DNA from: Heteronotia binoei
Lineage: Eukaryota
NCBI RefSeq assembly: GCF_032191835.1
Contig: NC_083226.1
Coordinates: 9,796,001-9,860,000 of the forward strand
Length of the DNA: 64,000 nucleotides
Direction: 5' to 3'
In this document: piece after piece, positions 41,296-53,814 of the stretch
Layout: every line of letters begins with the position of its first letter
How positions within the stretch are numbered: the stretch's first letter is position 1
Notes under the pieces: generated by a model
Database searches by the model: none
What the model was told of the DNA's origin: nothing
Seen by the model: the letters and a program-made list of their open reading frames with translations, nothing else
Translations under genes and position numbers: made by a program

Positions 41296-43630
41296 ATGAA
41301 GAACAAAAGGTTTGCTATTTCATGCCTTGTTCAATTGTCTTGCATAAAGACAGGGGTTGTGAATGCCAAGTGGCCAGATAGTTTTTTCTTCCTCTTGATC
41401 AGGTGGAAGAGTGAGAAAGAATTACTCCAAAGGGAATGAAATCTCATGTGTGGGACTGGAAATGTTGAGAAGAGGAAAAAGCTCTCTTCTGTTCTGTTTG
41501 GATGGACACAAACCATGAAGGACTAAATCTCTTTGAACTCTATCTTGCCCATGTGGTGGAGACAATGGGAAGAAGGCCCAGTTCAGAGAATTAAGATGAT
41601 GAAGGTCTTCTAAAAGTGGTGACTTCCAAGAGTTGCTGTCTTTCCTAGCACAACATTGCTAAAATAAGTATAGAGTATAGGATGAGAGGGTCGAGTATTT
41701 TTACCTTTTTTTGCATCTTTGCTCAGCCTGACGTTTAACAGTTTATTAATTGTCCTTACATTTTGAATGCTTTAAGACCGGTTATTGTAAACATGATGCT
41801 TTTGAGAGGGAGGTAAACTGGAGGGGCAGCAATAGCGCCAAAGACTACCCCTGTGTTAGCTAGTAAAAGTGAAGTGGGAGATGCAGCAACCACGAAGAGC
41901 CTCTAAACAGCAGTGCAGCTAACAAAGGGCTAGATGTGCAAATCCATGTAGCAGAACATACTGTCAGGTCTGCTGGTGGCGATGGTTCCTATCCAGGGAG
42001 AAGCATGGTATGGTCTGGGAGTCAGGAAATTGGGTGGCATGGCTGAGGGGACTTCTCCAACCTCCTGGATCAAAGAAGGTATTGGGAGTCTGTTCTTTCA
42101 CACACAGCATCTCTCTTTGCTGAGTCCTTGGGTGCGGTCACACGAGAGATTTTGCCTGACATAATCACGCCTCCCCTCCAGATTTAATGTGCACGATCAC
42201 TTGTGCACATTTACCCCTGAGTCCCACCCATACTTACCTTGTCTTAAGACAGGCTGGGACTGGATTAAATAGCTACTGGGAACTTCCAGGCAGCAAATCT
42301 CTAAAGGGCATGCAGAGCACATTTCCTGGCTGTTTGAACAGCCGGAGCACAAGATGCATGTGCCCCACATGTGCAGGAGCAGTCTGAATGTTCCTCTCGC
42401 GTGTGTGCAGCCTGTGTCTCTCCCAGCAGCAGGGCGGGGGCTGTCTGATTGCTGCAGCACACATCAAAGATCACCATCTTTGTCAAAGCCGGGAGACAGC
42501 CATGGCAAAATCTTAATGTCATTTTTTAATGATTTTAAGGATGATTTTATAACTGAAATTGTAATTATTGTATATGGTTTTATTGTACACTGTATTTACG
42601 TGTTGTGAGCCGCCCTGAGCCTGCTTGCGGGGCGGGCGGGATACAAATAAAAAGTATTATTAAATTCCTCATCTGATCCCTTGGGCCGTATCATACCATA
42701 GGATACAAAGAAACAGCACTGGGAAGCAGAGATCTGGACTTACCCGGACCCCATTTGTGGGGCCGCGGGGAGGGGTAAGAGGCAAGGCAGCCTTTTGCTG
42801 GTGGAGGGGGGGTGGGGCTGGACCCGCCCTAACCTGATGCTTGCCCTATAGGATGTCTTTGGGGTGGGTCAGAGGGCAGAGGGCAGCCACCAGCTACTTA
42901 GAATGCAGCATCGCCTCCTCCTGCCCTCTTTGGCCAACGGATTGCTTGGCCCACCCTCCCAGCCCTTTATTTAGGTGTTTTATCAGGGGTTGCATATGGT
43001 TTGTCTTTTTGATTTTCTTCTCAGCATGGGACTGGATCCATTCTCTGGAAAATTGGCCTGCGTGCCCACTTCCAGAGTATGGGGATCCTCTTAGGGGATC
43101 TTGGCGTGAGAGGCGACTGATATGCCCAGCTCGGGGGCATGTCCAGGGGATTACCCTCACGCTCAGGTGGCAGGGGAGTCCAACCCTGGGCTTCTGCCCT
43201 AGTGGAATCCCTAACCTGCCATTCCAAGGTGACCAGCAGAGCATCGACTGGCAGGTGGGTCAGTCGTTGAGTGGAATCTTTACCCCCATGCTGTGCCAAG
43301 GCTTATTACAGCTGTAACCAATAAAGTTGTGGCCAATTTTATTCCACTTTTCCTGAAAATGGTGTGCTTGTGTGTTATTTCAGTTGAAACTGTAAACTAA
43401 ACTAGAATGTGTTAGTAGGGAGGAATTTTGCCTGGGCTGCCTGCCTTGGCCCCTCCCCTTGACTCTGGAGCCACAATAAAGACACACACCTTTGTAAACC
43501 ACAGAGTGTTAGTGAGAACAGAAGTGTTAGTTCACCTGCAGAAAGAACAGATCCAGGGAGTTTTCTACAAAGAGATTAAAGACAGGTAAAATTCTATGTC
43601 AAAGGTGTCCTGTGAGCTATGTAGTCTTGC

Positions 43631-46125
43631 TGTCAAGCATGGAAGTTTCAGTTAACCAAGTAATTGTTTAATACAAAGTCTTAGTTTATTGATAATCCAT
43701 TGTTGCTTCAAAGTGGGACACCTTGAAAGTGATACAAAGTATTGTAAGGCATGAAACTTTAAGGGTTACATCAAAGCATTTCAGCGTGATAGCTCAAAGA
43801 CATAACAAGGACGTGTGAATTACCGCAACTGCCTATCTCTGTGATTAAAACTTCCATTGGTCTCAGGCATTCTTCTTACAGTTGATGGTTACAGTGTGGA
43901 AAACTTTCAGGGAGGTGCCTACTATCAAAGCATGGTATTCCTACATTTGCTACTCAAAGGTGGGAAAGAGAAAAGGGAGGTGAGAAGAAGGGTGAGCTAC
44001 TTAGCTTTGATATGCAAATACATGGGAAAGCATTCTACAGGGAAAAGCCAAACTTAGCATTTAATACTGAGTATAAACCACATGCTTGACATACTGCGCC
44101 CCCTAAGGCCTTCTCCAGGGTTTCTCTGGATGCAGTAGGTAAAACTTCTTTATTAACCTGGGGGCCCTTACGTTTGCAGCTTCCACCCTCTCATCGTGGC
44201 TAGGCGGGAAGTGTTTCCACCTGATATAGCACCCCCCTCTTCAATCTTGCATCCAGTATTTCTTGCACCTCATGGTGACTCTGACCCCCAACCTGGATCG
44301 GTTGAGGTGCTGGTGATCGTGGATACCAAGTCGTAGCCCCTGTATCCCGGTGTAATAGACTGCAAGGAAAGACAGGATGAATTTTACTAAGCAGCTTTGG
44401 AAATTCTAGTTCCACAGTCACTTTATTTATGATTTTCTTTATTTTGAAAGGTCCCAGGAATTTGTAAGCTAGTTTCTTAGATGTTTGGGGAATTGGTAGG
44501 TTTTTGGTTGATAAAAACACAGTTTCTCCTACTTTGAAATCCCAGATTGGCAAGTGCTTTTTATCGTAATGTTTTTTGTAAGTGTCTTTGGCAGCCTCCA
44601 AATTCTCTTGTATTACCTTCCATTCTTTCCCTAGAGTTCCCCACCACTGTTCAAACGAGAAAGGTAATTCAGTTGCTTCGCCCCCTTGTAATAAAGGAAA
44701 AGGCTTTCCCTCGTATCCATTCACTACTCTGAAAGACGAGGCTTTGGTGGAGCTGTGAACACTATTATTATATCCATACTCTGCGAAAGGCAATAGCTCC
44801 ACCCAATTAGACTGTTGGTAATTCACATAGCACCTTAAATATTGCTCTAGAAGCGCATTCACTCGCTCTGTCTGTCTGTCCGTCTGGGGATGATATGCCG
44901 AGGTCAGACCTTGCTCTATGTTAGTCAATTTGCAAAACTCCCACCAGAAGTTGGCAACGAATTGTGGGCCTCTGTCACTAATGATCTTGTCTGGGAATGA
45001 GTGTAATTTCACAATGTGTCGGAAAAATAAGTATGCTAACTTCTTGGCATTAGGCAGTTTGGTGCAAGGTATGAAATGGGCTTGCTTTGAAAATGTGTCC
45101 ACTACCACCAGTATCACTGTTTTCCCTTGGGACATAGGCAGTTCCATGATAAAGTCCATGGAAACTACTGACCACGGTCTCCCTGTGGTTTCCAAGGATT
45201 GCAATAATCCAGGGGTCCCCCCCCCCCTTTTTGACCATGATGCATACCGGGCAGGTGGACACATATTCAGAAATGTCTTTTTTCATCTGTAGCCACCAGA
45301 ATTGTCTATTGACCAAATGTAGGGTTTTCACGTAACCAAAATGCCCAGAAATTTTATTATTATGGCATAGTTGTAATACTTCCCCCCGGAGACTCTCCGG
45401 TAAGTAAAGTTTTCCATCATGATACCAAAAGCCTCCTTCCGCTTTGAGGACTCCTTCTGGTTTAGAGTCTCCTTCTTTTTCTACTTCTTTGATCAGTCTC
45501 TCCCCTCCCCAATTTTATCCAAGGTTGCCCCTTTTTGTTTTGATTGGGTGGTGACCATCCCGGTTAAATGATCTGGTGATATGATCGAGTCTATCACTTC
45601 TTCTTTCTGACTATTGTGCTGGGGGAGTCTGGATAGGGTGTCAGCCAAGAAGTTCTTTGACACCAGAATATGTTTCAGGGTGAAGTCAAATTTGGCGAAA
45701 AAGCCCGCCCACCGAATTTGCTTTTCAGTCAGCTTTCTACGTCCTGTAAGGGCTTCTAAGTTTTTATGATCTGTCCAAATCTCAAATGGGACCCTGGCTC
45801 CCTCCAGCCAGGGCCTCCAAGTCTTTAAGGCAAAAGTTACTGCAAATGCCTCTTTGTCCCATATGGACCAATTCCGTTGTTCTTGAGAGAATTTTTTGGA
45901 GATGTAGGCACAGGGACGCAATCTCCATTCACTATTGGCCTGCATTAATATTGCTTCTACTGCCATGTCGGAGGAGTCACATTGGACCACGAAAGGTCGC
46001 AATTCGTCTGGGTGACTAAGAATGGGTTTGCTACTGAACAGTCTTTTCAATCTGTTGAACGCCTCCTGACATTTAGGGGTCCATGCCAATTTTGCCCCTG
46101 GTCTCTTCGCCTCTGGGGTCATACT
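43631..46125 (-). mobile_element. 5'-truncated chromovirus-type (Tf2/sushi-like) Gypsy element: RT end-RNase H-integrase-chromodomain, PPT, 3' LTR (43631-44091)
   Basis: CDSSD/TDHKNL RNase H; H..H..CPVC zinc domain; SMDFI, SDRGPQF, TER; GPF motif; chromodomain HEVQEILDAR...RWKHFPPSHDE.VEA (frameshifted). LTR IR tgtcaagcatg / catgcttgaca. Confidence 0.9.
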
Positions 46126-46258
46126 TCCTCACACAGTTGTTACATGTGTGAGCTGGAGGCTAAAAATCTGTGAGCTAGCTCACACTAACTCAGTTTAGAG
46201 GGAACACTAGTCATCAGCATACTACTTACAATATTTTACACCTCCTACAATTCCTGAA

Positions 46259-46540
46259 AGAGCCCCGTGGTGCAGAGTGGTAAAGCTGCAGTACTGCAGT
46301 CAGAGCCCTCTGCTCACGACCTGAGTTTGATCCCAGCGAAAGCTGGTTCAGGTAGCTGGCTCCAGGTTGACTCAGCCTTCCATCCTTCCGGGGTCAGTAA
46401 AATGAGTACCCAGCTTGCTGGGAGGAAAGTATAGATGACCGCGGAAGGCAATGGCAAACCACCACGTAAAAAGTGGTGAAAGCAACGTCACCTCAGAGTC
46501 GGAAACAACTGGTGTTTGCACAGGGGACTACCTTTACCTT
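46259..46540 (+). mobile_element. Full-length Sauria SINE
   Basis: gagccccgtggtgcagagtggtaaagctgcagtactgcagtc head, BovB-like ggcaatggcaaaccacc, (ACCTTT)n tail, 13-bp TSD TACAATTCCTGAA. Confidence 0.92.
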
Positions 46541-46699
46541 TACAATTCCTGAACCATCAAATAGGGCCATTTTGTCACTTTCCAGTATTATTTCACTCAG
46601 CTCATCTCTTGTGCAAATTATGTTAGACTTGGAGAGCATCCTCCAGTGAGGTAATGTTTAAACCTCTAAAACTATGAAAAAGCCCCACCCTTGAAAAAG

Positions 46700-46945
46700 C
46701 CAAGTTTTCCAGCCTGTCAAGGTCATCCTCTATCCTGTTTCTGTCTTCTGTGTTTGCAACCCCTCCCAATTTAGTATCATCTGCAAATTTAATAAGCATT
46801 CCTTCTATTCCTTCATCCAAATCATTGATAAAGATGTTGAACAAAACAGGTCCCAGGACAGATCCCTGAGGCACTCCACTTATCACTCCTCTCCAAGAGG
46901 ATGAGGAACAATTCACAAGCACTCTTTGGGTGCGATCTGTCAACC
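46700..46945 (-). mobile_element. CR1 RT fragment
   Basis: [40 protein letters not shown]. Confidence 0.9.
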
Positions 46946-47318
46946 AGTTAGAAGATGAAGAAGGTGGAGATATTGGATTTATATCCCGCCCTCCACTCTG
47001 AAGAGTCTCAGAGCGGCTCACAATCTCCTTTACCTCCCCCCCCCCCACAACAGACACCCTGTGAGGTAGATGAAGATATTGGATTTATATCCCACCCTCC
47101 ACTCCGAAGAGTCTCAGAGCGGCTCACAATCTTCTTTATCTTCCTCCCCCACAACAGACACCCTGTGAAGTGGGTGGGGCTGGAGAGGGCTCTCACAGCA
47201 GCTGGCCTTTCAAGGACAGAGTCTCAGAGCGGCTCACAATCTCCTTTACCTTCCTCCCCCCCAACAGACACCCTGTGAGGTTAAGTCCGCACACTTAACC
47301 ACTACACCAAACTGGCTG
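46946..47318 (-). repeat. tRNA-SINE with tandem tail/unit repeats and head remnant
   Basis: Same unit and tail as 31059-33085 on the minus strand; head remnant cacttaaccactacaccaaactggct at ~47293. Confidence 0.8.
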
Positions 47319-47327
47319 TCCTACAGA

Positions 47328-47586
47328 TAGGGTGACCATAATGTCTGAAGGCCAGCCAGGGACACCTTGGGGGAGAAGGGGGGAGGCAGGGGTGCGCGCG
47401 CGAAGCACGCGCAGGGACGCTCCCTCCCTCACTCGCCGCCTTCCCCGCCGGCGCCCGCGGCCCACCGCCTCCGGGGCTGGCTAAACCGGGACCTCTAAAT
47501 GGTCCCGGTATAGCCAGCCCGGGAGGCGGGAATAGGGGGCCAGAACCGGGACATTCCCGGGCGCCCGGGACGGTCTGGCCACCCTA
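47328..47586. mobile_element. CpG-rich hAT-type MITE, 259 bp
   Basis: TIR tagggtgacca / tggccacccta, perfect 8-bp TSD CCTACAGA, undecayed CpG runs. Confidence 0.9.
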
Positions 47587-47779
47587 CCTACAGATCCACC
47601 TAACGATAACAGGATCCAAACCTGTTATTCATCTTGATCCTGGATTCCTTGGAATTCCATCTTTGCTGCCCAATTCTTCTCTTCCAAGGATAGCATGTCT
47701 CTTATTCTATGTTAGTGTCACCACCACCAAAGGTCCATAACCTCATGGATGACTTGGGGAAAGTCTGGGGTATCCCAGC

Positions 47780-47951
47780 CAGGGGTGGAATTCTAGCAGG
47801 AGCTCCTTTGCATATTAGGTCGCACACCCCTGACGTAGCCAATCCTCCAAGAGCTTACAAAAAAAGAGCCTTGTAAGCTCTTGGAGGATTGGCAACGTCA
47901 GGGGTGTGTGGCCTAATATGCAAAGGAACTCCTGCTAGAATTCCACCCCTG
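47780..47951. mobile_element. Palindromic hAT-type MITE, 172 bp
   Basis: caggggtggaattctagcagg / cctgctagaattccacccctg; 8-bp TSD atcccagc / atcccagt (7 of 8 match). Confidence 0.9.
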
Positions 47952-47980
47952 ATCCCAGTCCTACAGCATGCGGTATACTC

Positions 47981-48160
47981 TATACTCCTATGATTATCCC
48001 AAATATGCTTGCAAATCTTTTAAGGAAAAAAGCAACTACTTCTGTCGCCGGCTGCGCTACTCAGATGTATACGTTCCTGGCCTTTGGAGACACAAACTGT
48101 CTGCTTCTTACAATGATGGGGTTTGACCGATATGTGTCCATATGTAAACCTTTACATTAC
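47981..48160 (+). pseudogene. Isolated internal OR fragment (TM2 end to MGFDRY/KPLHY), most similar to OR-d
   Basis: MIIPNMLANLLRKKA...TQMYTFLAFGDTNCLLLTMMGFDRYVSICKPLHY; non-OR sequence on both sides. Confidence 0.9.
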
Positions 48161-48394
48161 AGTGCCGCCCACTGCCCAACAAATAGGGTAGGCTTTGGCG
48201 TTCCAGATACCAGGCACATTAGAAAGCAACAAGCCTGCTGCGTGCCTAATTGCCTGTCACTGGGGACAGCAACTGATCAGAGGGGTCTGTCCAACACGGG
48301 GGGGGGGGGGGTCTGCTTCAACACAACTGTTGATGTGATGGAGGGGAGGGATTTCTTCACCATCTTTCTGACTCCTCAAAGAACTTGTTATGTC

Positions 48395-49281
48395 AGCTCT
48401 CATTGACACTGTAATGGCTAATGAGTGTAACCTCTCAAATGCAATAGAGATAATATCCCAGAGGATTTAGAAACTTGTTTACAGTGTTTCGTGCTTTGTA
48501 AATGCCATATAAAAGCAGGGTATTGTGGCAAAATTCTGTCCTTTGGAATGGAATCCAACAGCTCACCTCCACGTAAGAAATCTGTTTTCTATATTCCTTC
48601 TTGATTCAAAAATGATGTGGCCTCTGTTTCACTAGTGGTTTGTATGAATGTCATGCCAAAAGGCACTCTATACGCTTGGTAGCTGAATACTTCCCTTGCA
48701 TGCAAAAGGCTCCAGCTTCTTTTCCTGGCACCATCAGTTCAGAGAGCTCTTAATTAGTGGGGCTGAGAAGACCTCCACAAACGACTTAGGAGAACTGCTG
48801 CAGCAGTCTGGAATAGACAACATTCAGAGGATGGATTCTTATTCAAAGACAGATTCAGAGAGGATCTCAGGTTAATAGTCCAAAATGGCAGGAGATGATT
48901 TCCTAATGCATTCAGTCTTGGGCCATTCAGGGCTGCCCAGAGCCACTGTGGGCCCCAGGACAGAGATTCCATCTGCCTCCTTTGACCCTGATCCAAAATC
49001 AAAAGCATAACATATTGAATTTCTAGGCTTCCTCATACTGTGACCATTGATGTCTCCATGTGTCCATGGCACCTTTCAGATGTGGGCATGACAACCATGT
49101 CCTCTTAGGATGCAGATGTCTGACCACCAGAGCAAAAGCAGGAAGAGATATCTTCAGACTCCCTTAGTGATATGTCTTCTGGATCAACATCATAAGCTCA
49201 TTCATTTTACTTTTTTTGCCACTGAGTTGGTACCTTATCATCACCATGAATTAATAAGCTGTCACTCCAAAGAGAGGCATT
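48395..49281 (+). repeat. ~99% identical duplicated non-coding tract (partner 56930-57815) containing the OR promoter and exon 1
   Basis: Manual alignment: 8 substitutions and 1 homopolymer indel in ~886 bp. Confidence 0.95.
48548..48572 (+). CDS. Predicted 25-nt coding exon 1 of OR-e (MESNSSPP+)
   Basis: ggaATGGAATCC...CCAC|GTAAGA; upstream TAATGA (~48419), TCCCAGAGGA (48456) and catataaaag (~48506); in frame with acceptor 51204-51205. Confidence 0.65.
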
Positions 49282-49819
49282 TTGGCTCTACACTTTGGAT
49301 TCTCTGCACCCAAAGGTCTTCAGTGATTGTTTATATCAGGGCATCTGCCTGACCTTCTGTGGTGCCTTCAGTTGTCCCTGATTGTCTAGCACCGCAACTC
49401 ACAACAGAGTTAGTGAGGGAAGGCCAAATGAAACAAAGAAGCCTTCATCCATTGGTGGAAGACAACGATAATACATCCGTCTCCTTGGGGAGGGAGTTCC
49501 AAGGCCCCTTTCTTGGGTTCCCTCTAGGCTTGCTAACCTCCCAGTGGGGCCTGGAGATCTCCCAAAATTGCAACTGATTTCCAGACTACAGAGATCAGCT
49601 CTCCTGGAGGAAATGGGTGCTTCGGAGGGTGGACTCTATGGCATTATACCCCACTGAGGTCCCTCCCCAAACCCCACAACATAATATCATTATATTGGTA
49701 TAATTTTATAACAAACACATGCACCAAAATTTCTGAATTTTAATTCCCCCCCCGCAAACTATGTCTCTATCCCCTTCTGTTGCAGATATATCTAAACATC
49801 TTTATAAATGAATTGAATT

Positions 49820-50745
49820 AAAAATAGAGGGAATGTTTATTAAATTTGCCGATGATACTAAATTGTGAGGAGTTGTGAATACAGTAGAAGACAGAGACAG
49901 GTTTCAGGACGATCTTGACAGGCTGGAAAACTGGGCTGAAACCAATAAAATGAATTTTAACAGGGATAAATGTAAAGTTCTGCATTTAGGTAATAAAAAT
50001 CCCTTGTTTGATTATAGGATAGGGGAGACTTGTCTTAGCAGTAGCCTGTGTGAAAAGGATGTAAGGGTCTTTGTGGACCATATGCTGAGCATGAGTCAAC
50101 AGCGTGATGTGGTGGCTAAAAAGGCAAATGCAATTTTGGGCTGTATCAACAGAAGTATAGTGTCCAGATCACATTAAGTGATAATGGTATTGGTTTACTC
50201 TGCTCTGGTAAGACCTCACCTGGAGTATTGTGTTCAGTTTTGGACACCACATTTTAAGAAAGATATAGACAAGCTGGAACGGGTCCAGAGGAGGGTGACG
50301 AAGATGGTGAGGGGTCTGGAGACCAAGTCCTATGAAGACTTGAAGGAGCTGGGCATGTTTAGCCTGGAGAGGAGGTAGCTGATAGGTGATATGATCACCA
50401 TCTTCAAGTACTTGAAGGGTTGTCATATAGAGGATGGTGCAGAATTATTTTCTGTGGCCCCAGGAGGTAGGACCAGAACCAATGGGTTGTGATTAAATCA
50501 AAAGAGTTTCTGTCTCAACATTAGGAAGAACTTCCTGACAGTCAGAGCGATTCCTCAGTGGAACAGGCTTCCCCAAGAGGTGGTGGGCTCTCCTTCCTTG
50601 GAGGTTTTAAAGCAGAGGCCAGATGGCCATCTGACAGCAATGAAGATCCTGTGAATTTAGGAGGAGGTATTTGTGAGTTTCCTGCATTGTGCAGGGGGTT
50701 GGACTAGATGACCCTGGGGTCCCTTGCAAGTCTATGATTCTAGAG
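49820..50745 (+). mobile_element. CR1 LINE RT C-terminus and 3' UTR
   Basis: aaatttgccgatgatactaaattg (KFADDTKL), [13 protein letters not shown], tatgattctag tail. Confidence 0.9.
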
Positions 50746-51216
50746 TCTAACTATATTAAATATGGATTAGTATAGTGAAGAAATTCTAGAAAAATTACTT
50801 AGTGATTCCTATTTCTATTCAGAAGAGTTTTCAGGAGAACCTCTAAATGTCCAGCATCTGAAATGACATTGCTATTCCCAGGTGTCCTCTCCAGACCTTT
50901 CCTCCCTGCCACTGATGTGCTGTTCTTGTGAGACCCAGCTCATCCCCAAAAACCAGCTGGTGGGATGATTTAATAAAGCAACACTTAGAAATCAGATACT
51001 TTGCCTTTGAGGTCCTTTGCAGTGAGTGCCACGTGGATTTCTCCTTGCTGAAATGTTATTGCCAAAAAAACCCAGCTCTTCTCCCACGCTGAGTAGGCGG
51101 GAAAGAAATTGTGAGTGCAATGCTCCCCCAAAATGATTGTATGAAGTGTCAATTAATTCTCAAATACAAATTAATGTATTTGTCAGTGTAATAGTTTCTT
51201 TGCAGATTCCAGACCA

Positions 51217-52161
51217 ATGGGCCATGAGAATCAAAGTGTGGTGATGGAATTCATCTTCATAGGATTTTCCAGTTTCCCAGACTTGCAAGTCCTGCTGTTT
51301 GTGGTCTTCTCCCTCATGTACTTGGCCATTTTGGCTGGGAATATCATCATCATCGCAACAATAAAGTGTGACTCCAGCCTCCACAACCCCATGTACTTCT
51401 TCTTGGCCATCCTTTCTGGTTCAGAAATCTGCTACACAATCACCATCATCCCCAATATGCTTGTAAATCTTCTAAGAGAAAAGGCAACTATTTCCTTCAT
51501 TGGTTGTGCTGTCCAGATGTGTTTGTTCCTGGGCTTTGCTTGCACAGACTGCATGCTTCTCACAGTGATGGGGTATGACCGATATGTGTCCATATGTAAA
51601 CCTTTACATTATCCAGTTCTGATGAATCCGAGATTTTGCACTAAACTGGTGGTCTTCTCAGTATCGACTGGTTTTCTCTTTTCTACAGTGGAGACATATT
51701 TTATATTTACCTTGCCATTCTGTGGGCCGGATAAAATCAATCACTTCTTTTGTGATTTAGCACCTTTACTTGAGTTGGCTTGTGGCCGAAATTATATAGG
51801 GGAAATTGTCATTTTTGTCATTTGTTTCTTGGTGGTAGTTTTCTCATTCCTTCTGGTCATTCTCTCGTATCTTTTAATCTTAAACACAATCCTGAAAATC
51901 CCCACAACAGAGGGCAAGCGCAAAGCCTTTTCAACTTGTGCCTCTCACCTCATTGTGGTGGTTGTGCACTTTGTTTGTGCTTCCATTATTTACCTGAGAC
52001 CTCAGTCCAGGTACACTTTGAATGAGGACACCTTGATCTCCGTCACATACACCCTGGTGACCCCACTGCTGAATCCTGTTGTTTATACCTTGAGGAACAA
52101 GGATGTCCGAGTAGCACTCAAGAAATCTCTGGGCAGGAGCACATGCGTCTGGAAGATTTAA
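51217..52161 (+). CDS. Olfactory receptor, class II, OR10-family-like (OR-e), main exon 314 aa (326 aa if spliced)
   Basis: OR motifs; acceptor tttctttgcAG 51204-51205. Confidence 0.95.
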   Translation: MGHENQSVVMEFIFIGFSSFPDLQVLLFVVFSLMYLAILAGNIIIIATIKCDSSLHNPMYFFLAILSGSEICYTITIIPNMLVNLLREKATISFIGCAVQMCLFLGFACTDCMLLTVMGYDRYVSICKPLHYPVLMNPRFCTKLVVFSVSTGFLFSTVETYFIFTLPFCGPDKINHFFCDLAPLLELACGRNYIGEIVIFVICFLVVVFSFLLVILSYLLILNTILKIPTTEGKRKAFSTCASHLIVVVVHFVCASIIYLRPQSRYTLNEDTLISVTYTLVTPLLNPVVYTLRNKDVRVALKKSLGRSTCVWKI

Positions 52162-52989
52162 CTAGCAATTATGGGTTCATGCATGACCGATTCCGCACTT
52201 GCCATCCCATGCTCTAACTCTCCTCTTCTCCGTGGATCTTCCGGTGGCTTTCACACAAACTGCCCTGGGACTGCAACTCACTTCTCCTCTTTTGCCTGGC
52301 AAACAAAAACCGGTTTCTAGAGATCTTGCTTGCTGTGCGAAAGAGACAGAGTGAGAAAGAGGGCAGCTTATGCAAAATCCAATGGAAGCCCAGTGGAGAA
52401 GAGGAGAGTAATAGTTGGGTAAGGCTAGTGGGGAATTGGTCCAAGATGAAACGTCTGGCAAAACAGTTATCACGTTCAGGAAGAAGGATGGAAGGGAACT
52501 AATATTTGTTACTGTATGAAGTAAGAATACTTTTGACAGCAATGTAATCTTGTCCTAATCCCCATCTATGAATTATTAAAACAGTGTTCTGAATAAGGTA
52601 TGCTTTAGTTTTTAGAAACTACTTCTGACCTGTCTGCTTTGTTAAAATGGGAACATATATTGGAAGTGAGAAGAGATTCTCTTGTACCTGTAATTCTAAT
52701 CCAGAATGCCAGAGACAAAGATGTTCTTAAAAATCCTTGCAGTATAAATGTATTTCACCTCTATTGAACTAAGTAATATAATATTTGTTTATGGTATTTT
52801 ACTTATATACTTGTAATTGTTTAGAAGGCATATTCCCTTAAGTCACCGATTTATATTGTACTATAAATATACCTGTAATTTTGAATTATAAATTAATAAA
52901 ATACGTTATAAAAAAAATCCTTGAAGTAAACGCAGATGCATGGCCCATGTGCAGAATTTTGCTTCTGCAAATATCCCCCAGCTTTCTGA

Positions 52990-53400
52990 GGAACTGAACA
53001 GGCAAGTTTGTATTGTATGTTGAAGTTGTCCCAGTAGTACCAATGGCTGCCATTTTATTCCTGAGCCATTCTGAGGCAACATTCTTTTTTCAATAATCTT
53101 CTTCCCTCTTGACTCATTTACAGCTGCATCTGGATGTTCTGATGATATTTTTGCCATCTTTAGAGGTGATGATGTTTCTCTTGATTTTGTGGAATGGCGC
53201 AATAGTCTCCATCCTTCCATTAAATTTCCCCATTGTTCAAATTCCAGTGAAATCGCCTTTCTTGACACAAGTCATGGAGGGATATTTGCAGGTTTTACCG
53301 TATGCAACTGACAAGAATCCTTTCCTGCATTGTTCTTTCCGTCACCCACCCGAATTGCACAACAGCTCTTTTTTGGGTGTCAAATGCAACACTTAATGCT
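52990..53400 (+). mobile_element. Degenerate Penelope-like reverse transcriptase remnant
   Basis: SDDIFAIF...WRNSLHPSIKF...IAFLDT and TDKNPFLHCSFRHP match PLE RT YIDD, LHP.IKF, FLD and TD.N..LH..S.HP. Confidence 0.65.
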
Positions 53401-53814
53401 CAACAATATTAACATATGAGTCAGAAATACTGGCAGTCAAATTCAGATTCAGATTTATTAGGTCTATGACCAATACAAGTCAAAGACAAAAAAAATTACA
53501 ATAAAGTAATTAAATAAAGAATACAAAGGGTCAAAGCTGCTAACACATCATTTACTATAAAGGCCCATCCTGAAGAAGTGTGCTTGCTGTCGGGCGTCCC
53601 CCCTGATAACTCAATAAATAGTCCATTTATTTCAAAAGTTTCCATTTATTAAGAGGTTCGGGTAGGCTTATGCTCAGACAGCCTCTGAGTCAGAACTGAG
53701 GCAAGGTACTTTTACTATCAATGATATAGTTTCAACAGAAAGCTCTAGCAAGCAATGATAAGCCCCCTTCCTTTTTCCCCAAAGTTTTCTCAGTTTTACG
53801 ACTTTCTACAGAAA

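Noticed and set aside
41432-41465. Exon-1 look-alike gggaATGaaatctc (also gggaATGgaag at ~40257) as the promoter of a lost OR
   Set aside because: No GT donor at +26 and no upstream EBF-like block; probably chance.
42660-43630. Unclassified LTR-like stretches here and at ~16100-17260, 53588-53810, 54580-55440 and 63540-64000
   Set aside because: They have AATAAA or TG starts, but I could not establish paired termini, TSDs or coding homology.
47990-48406. 138-aa chimeric OR ORF as a novel gene
   Set aside because: Only the first 57 aa are OR; the rest is non-coding read-through, giving about 1.5 TM helices.
51955-51985. OR-e HFVCAS (G>V) and LHNPMY substitutions as signs of pseudogenisation
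   Set aside because: The ORF, DRY, NP and disulfide cysteines are intact; single substitutions cannot be interpreted without assays.
53569-53587. Additional hammerheads at 53569-53587 (+) and ~39532-39545 (-)
   Set aside because: Only the CTGAAGA-agtgtgc half survives; the GAAA half is lost to insertions.
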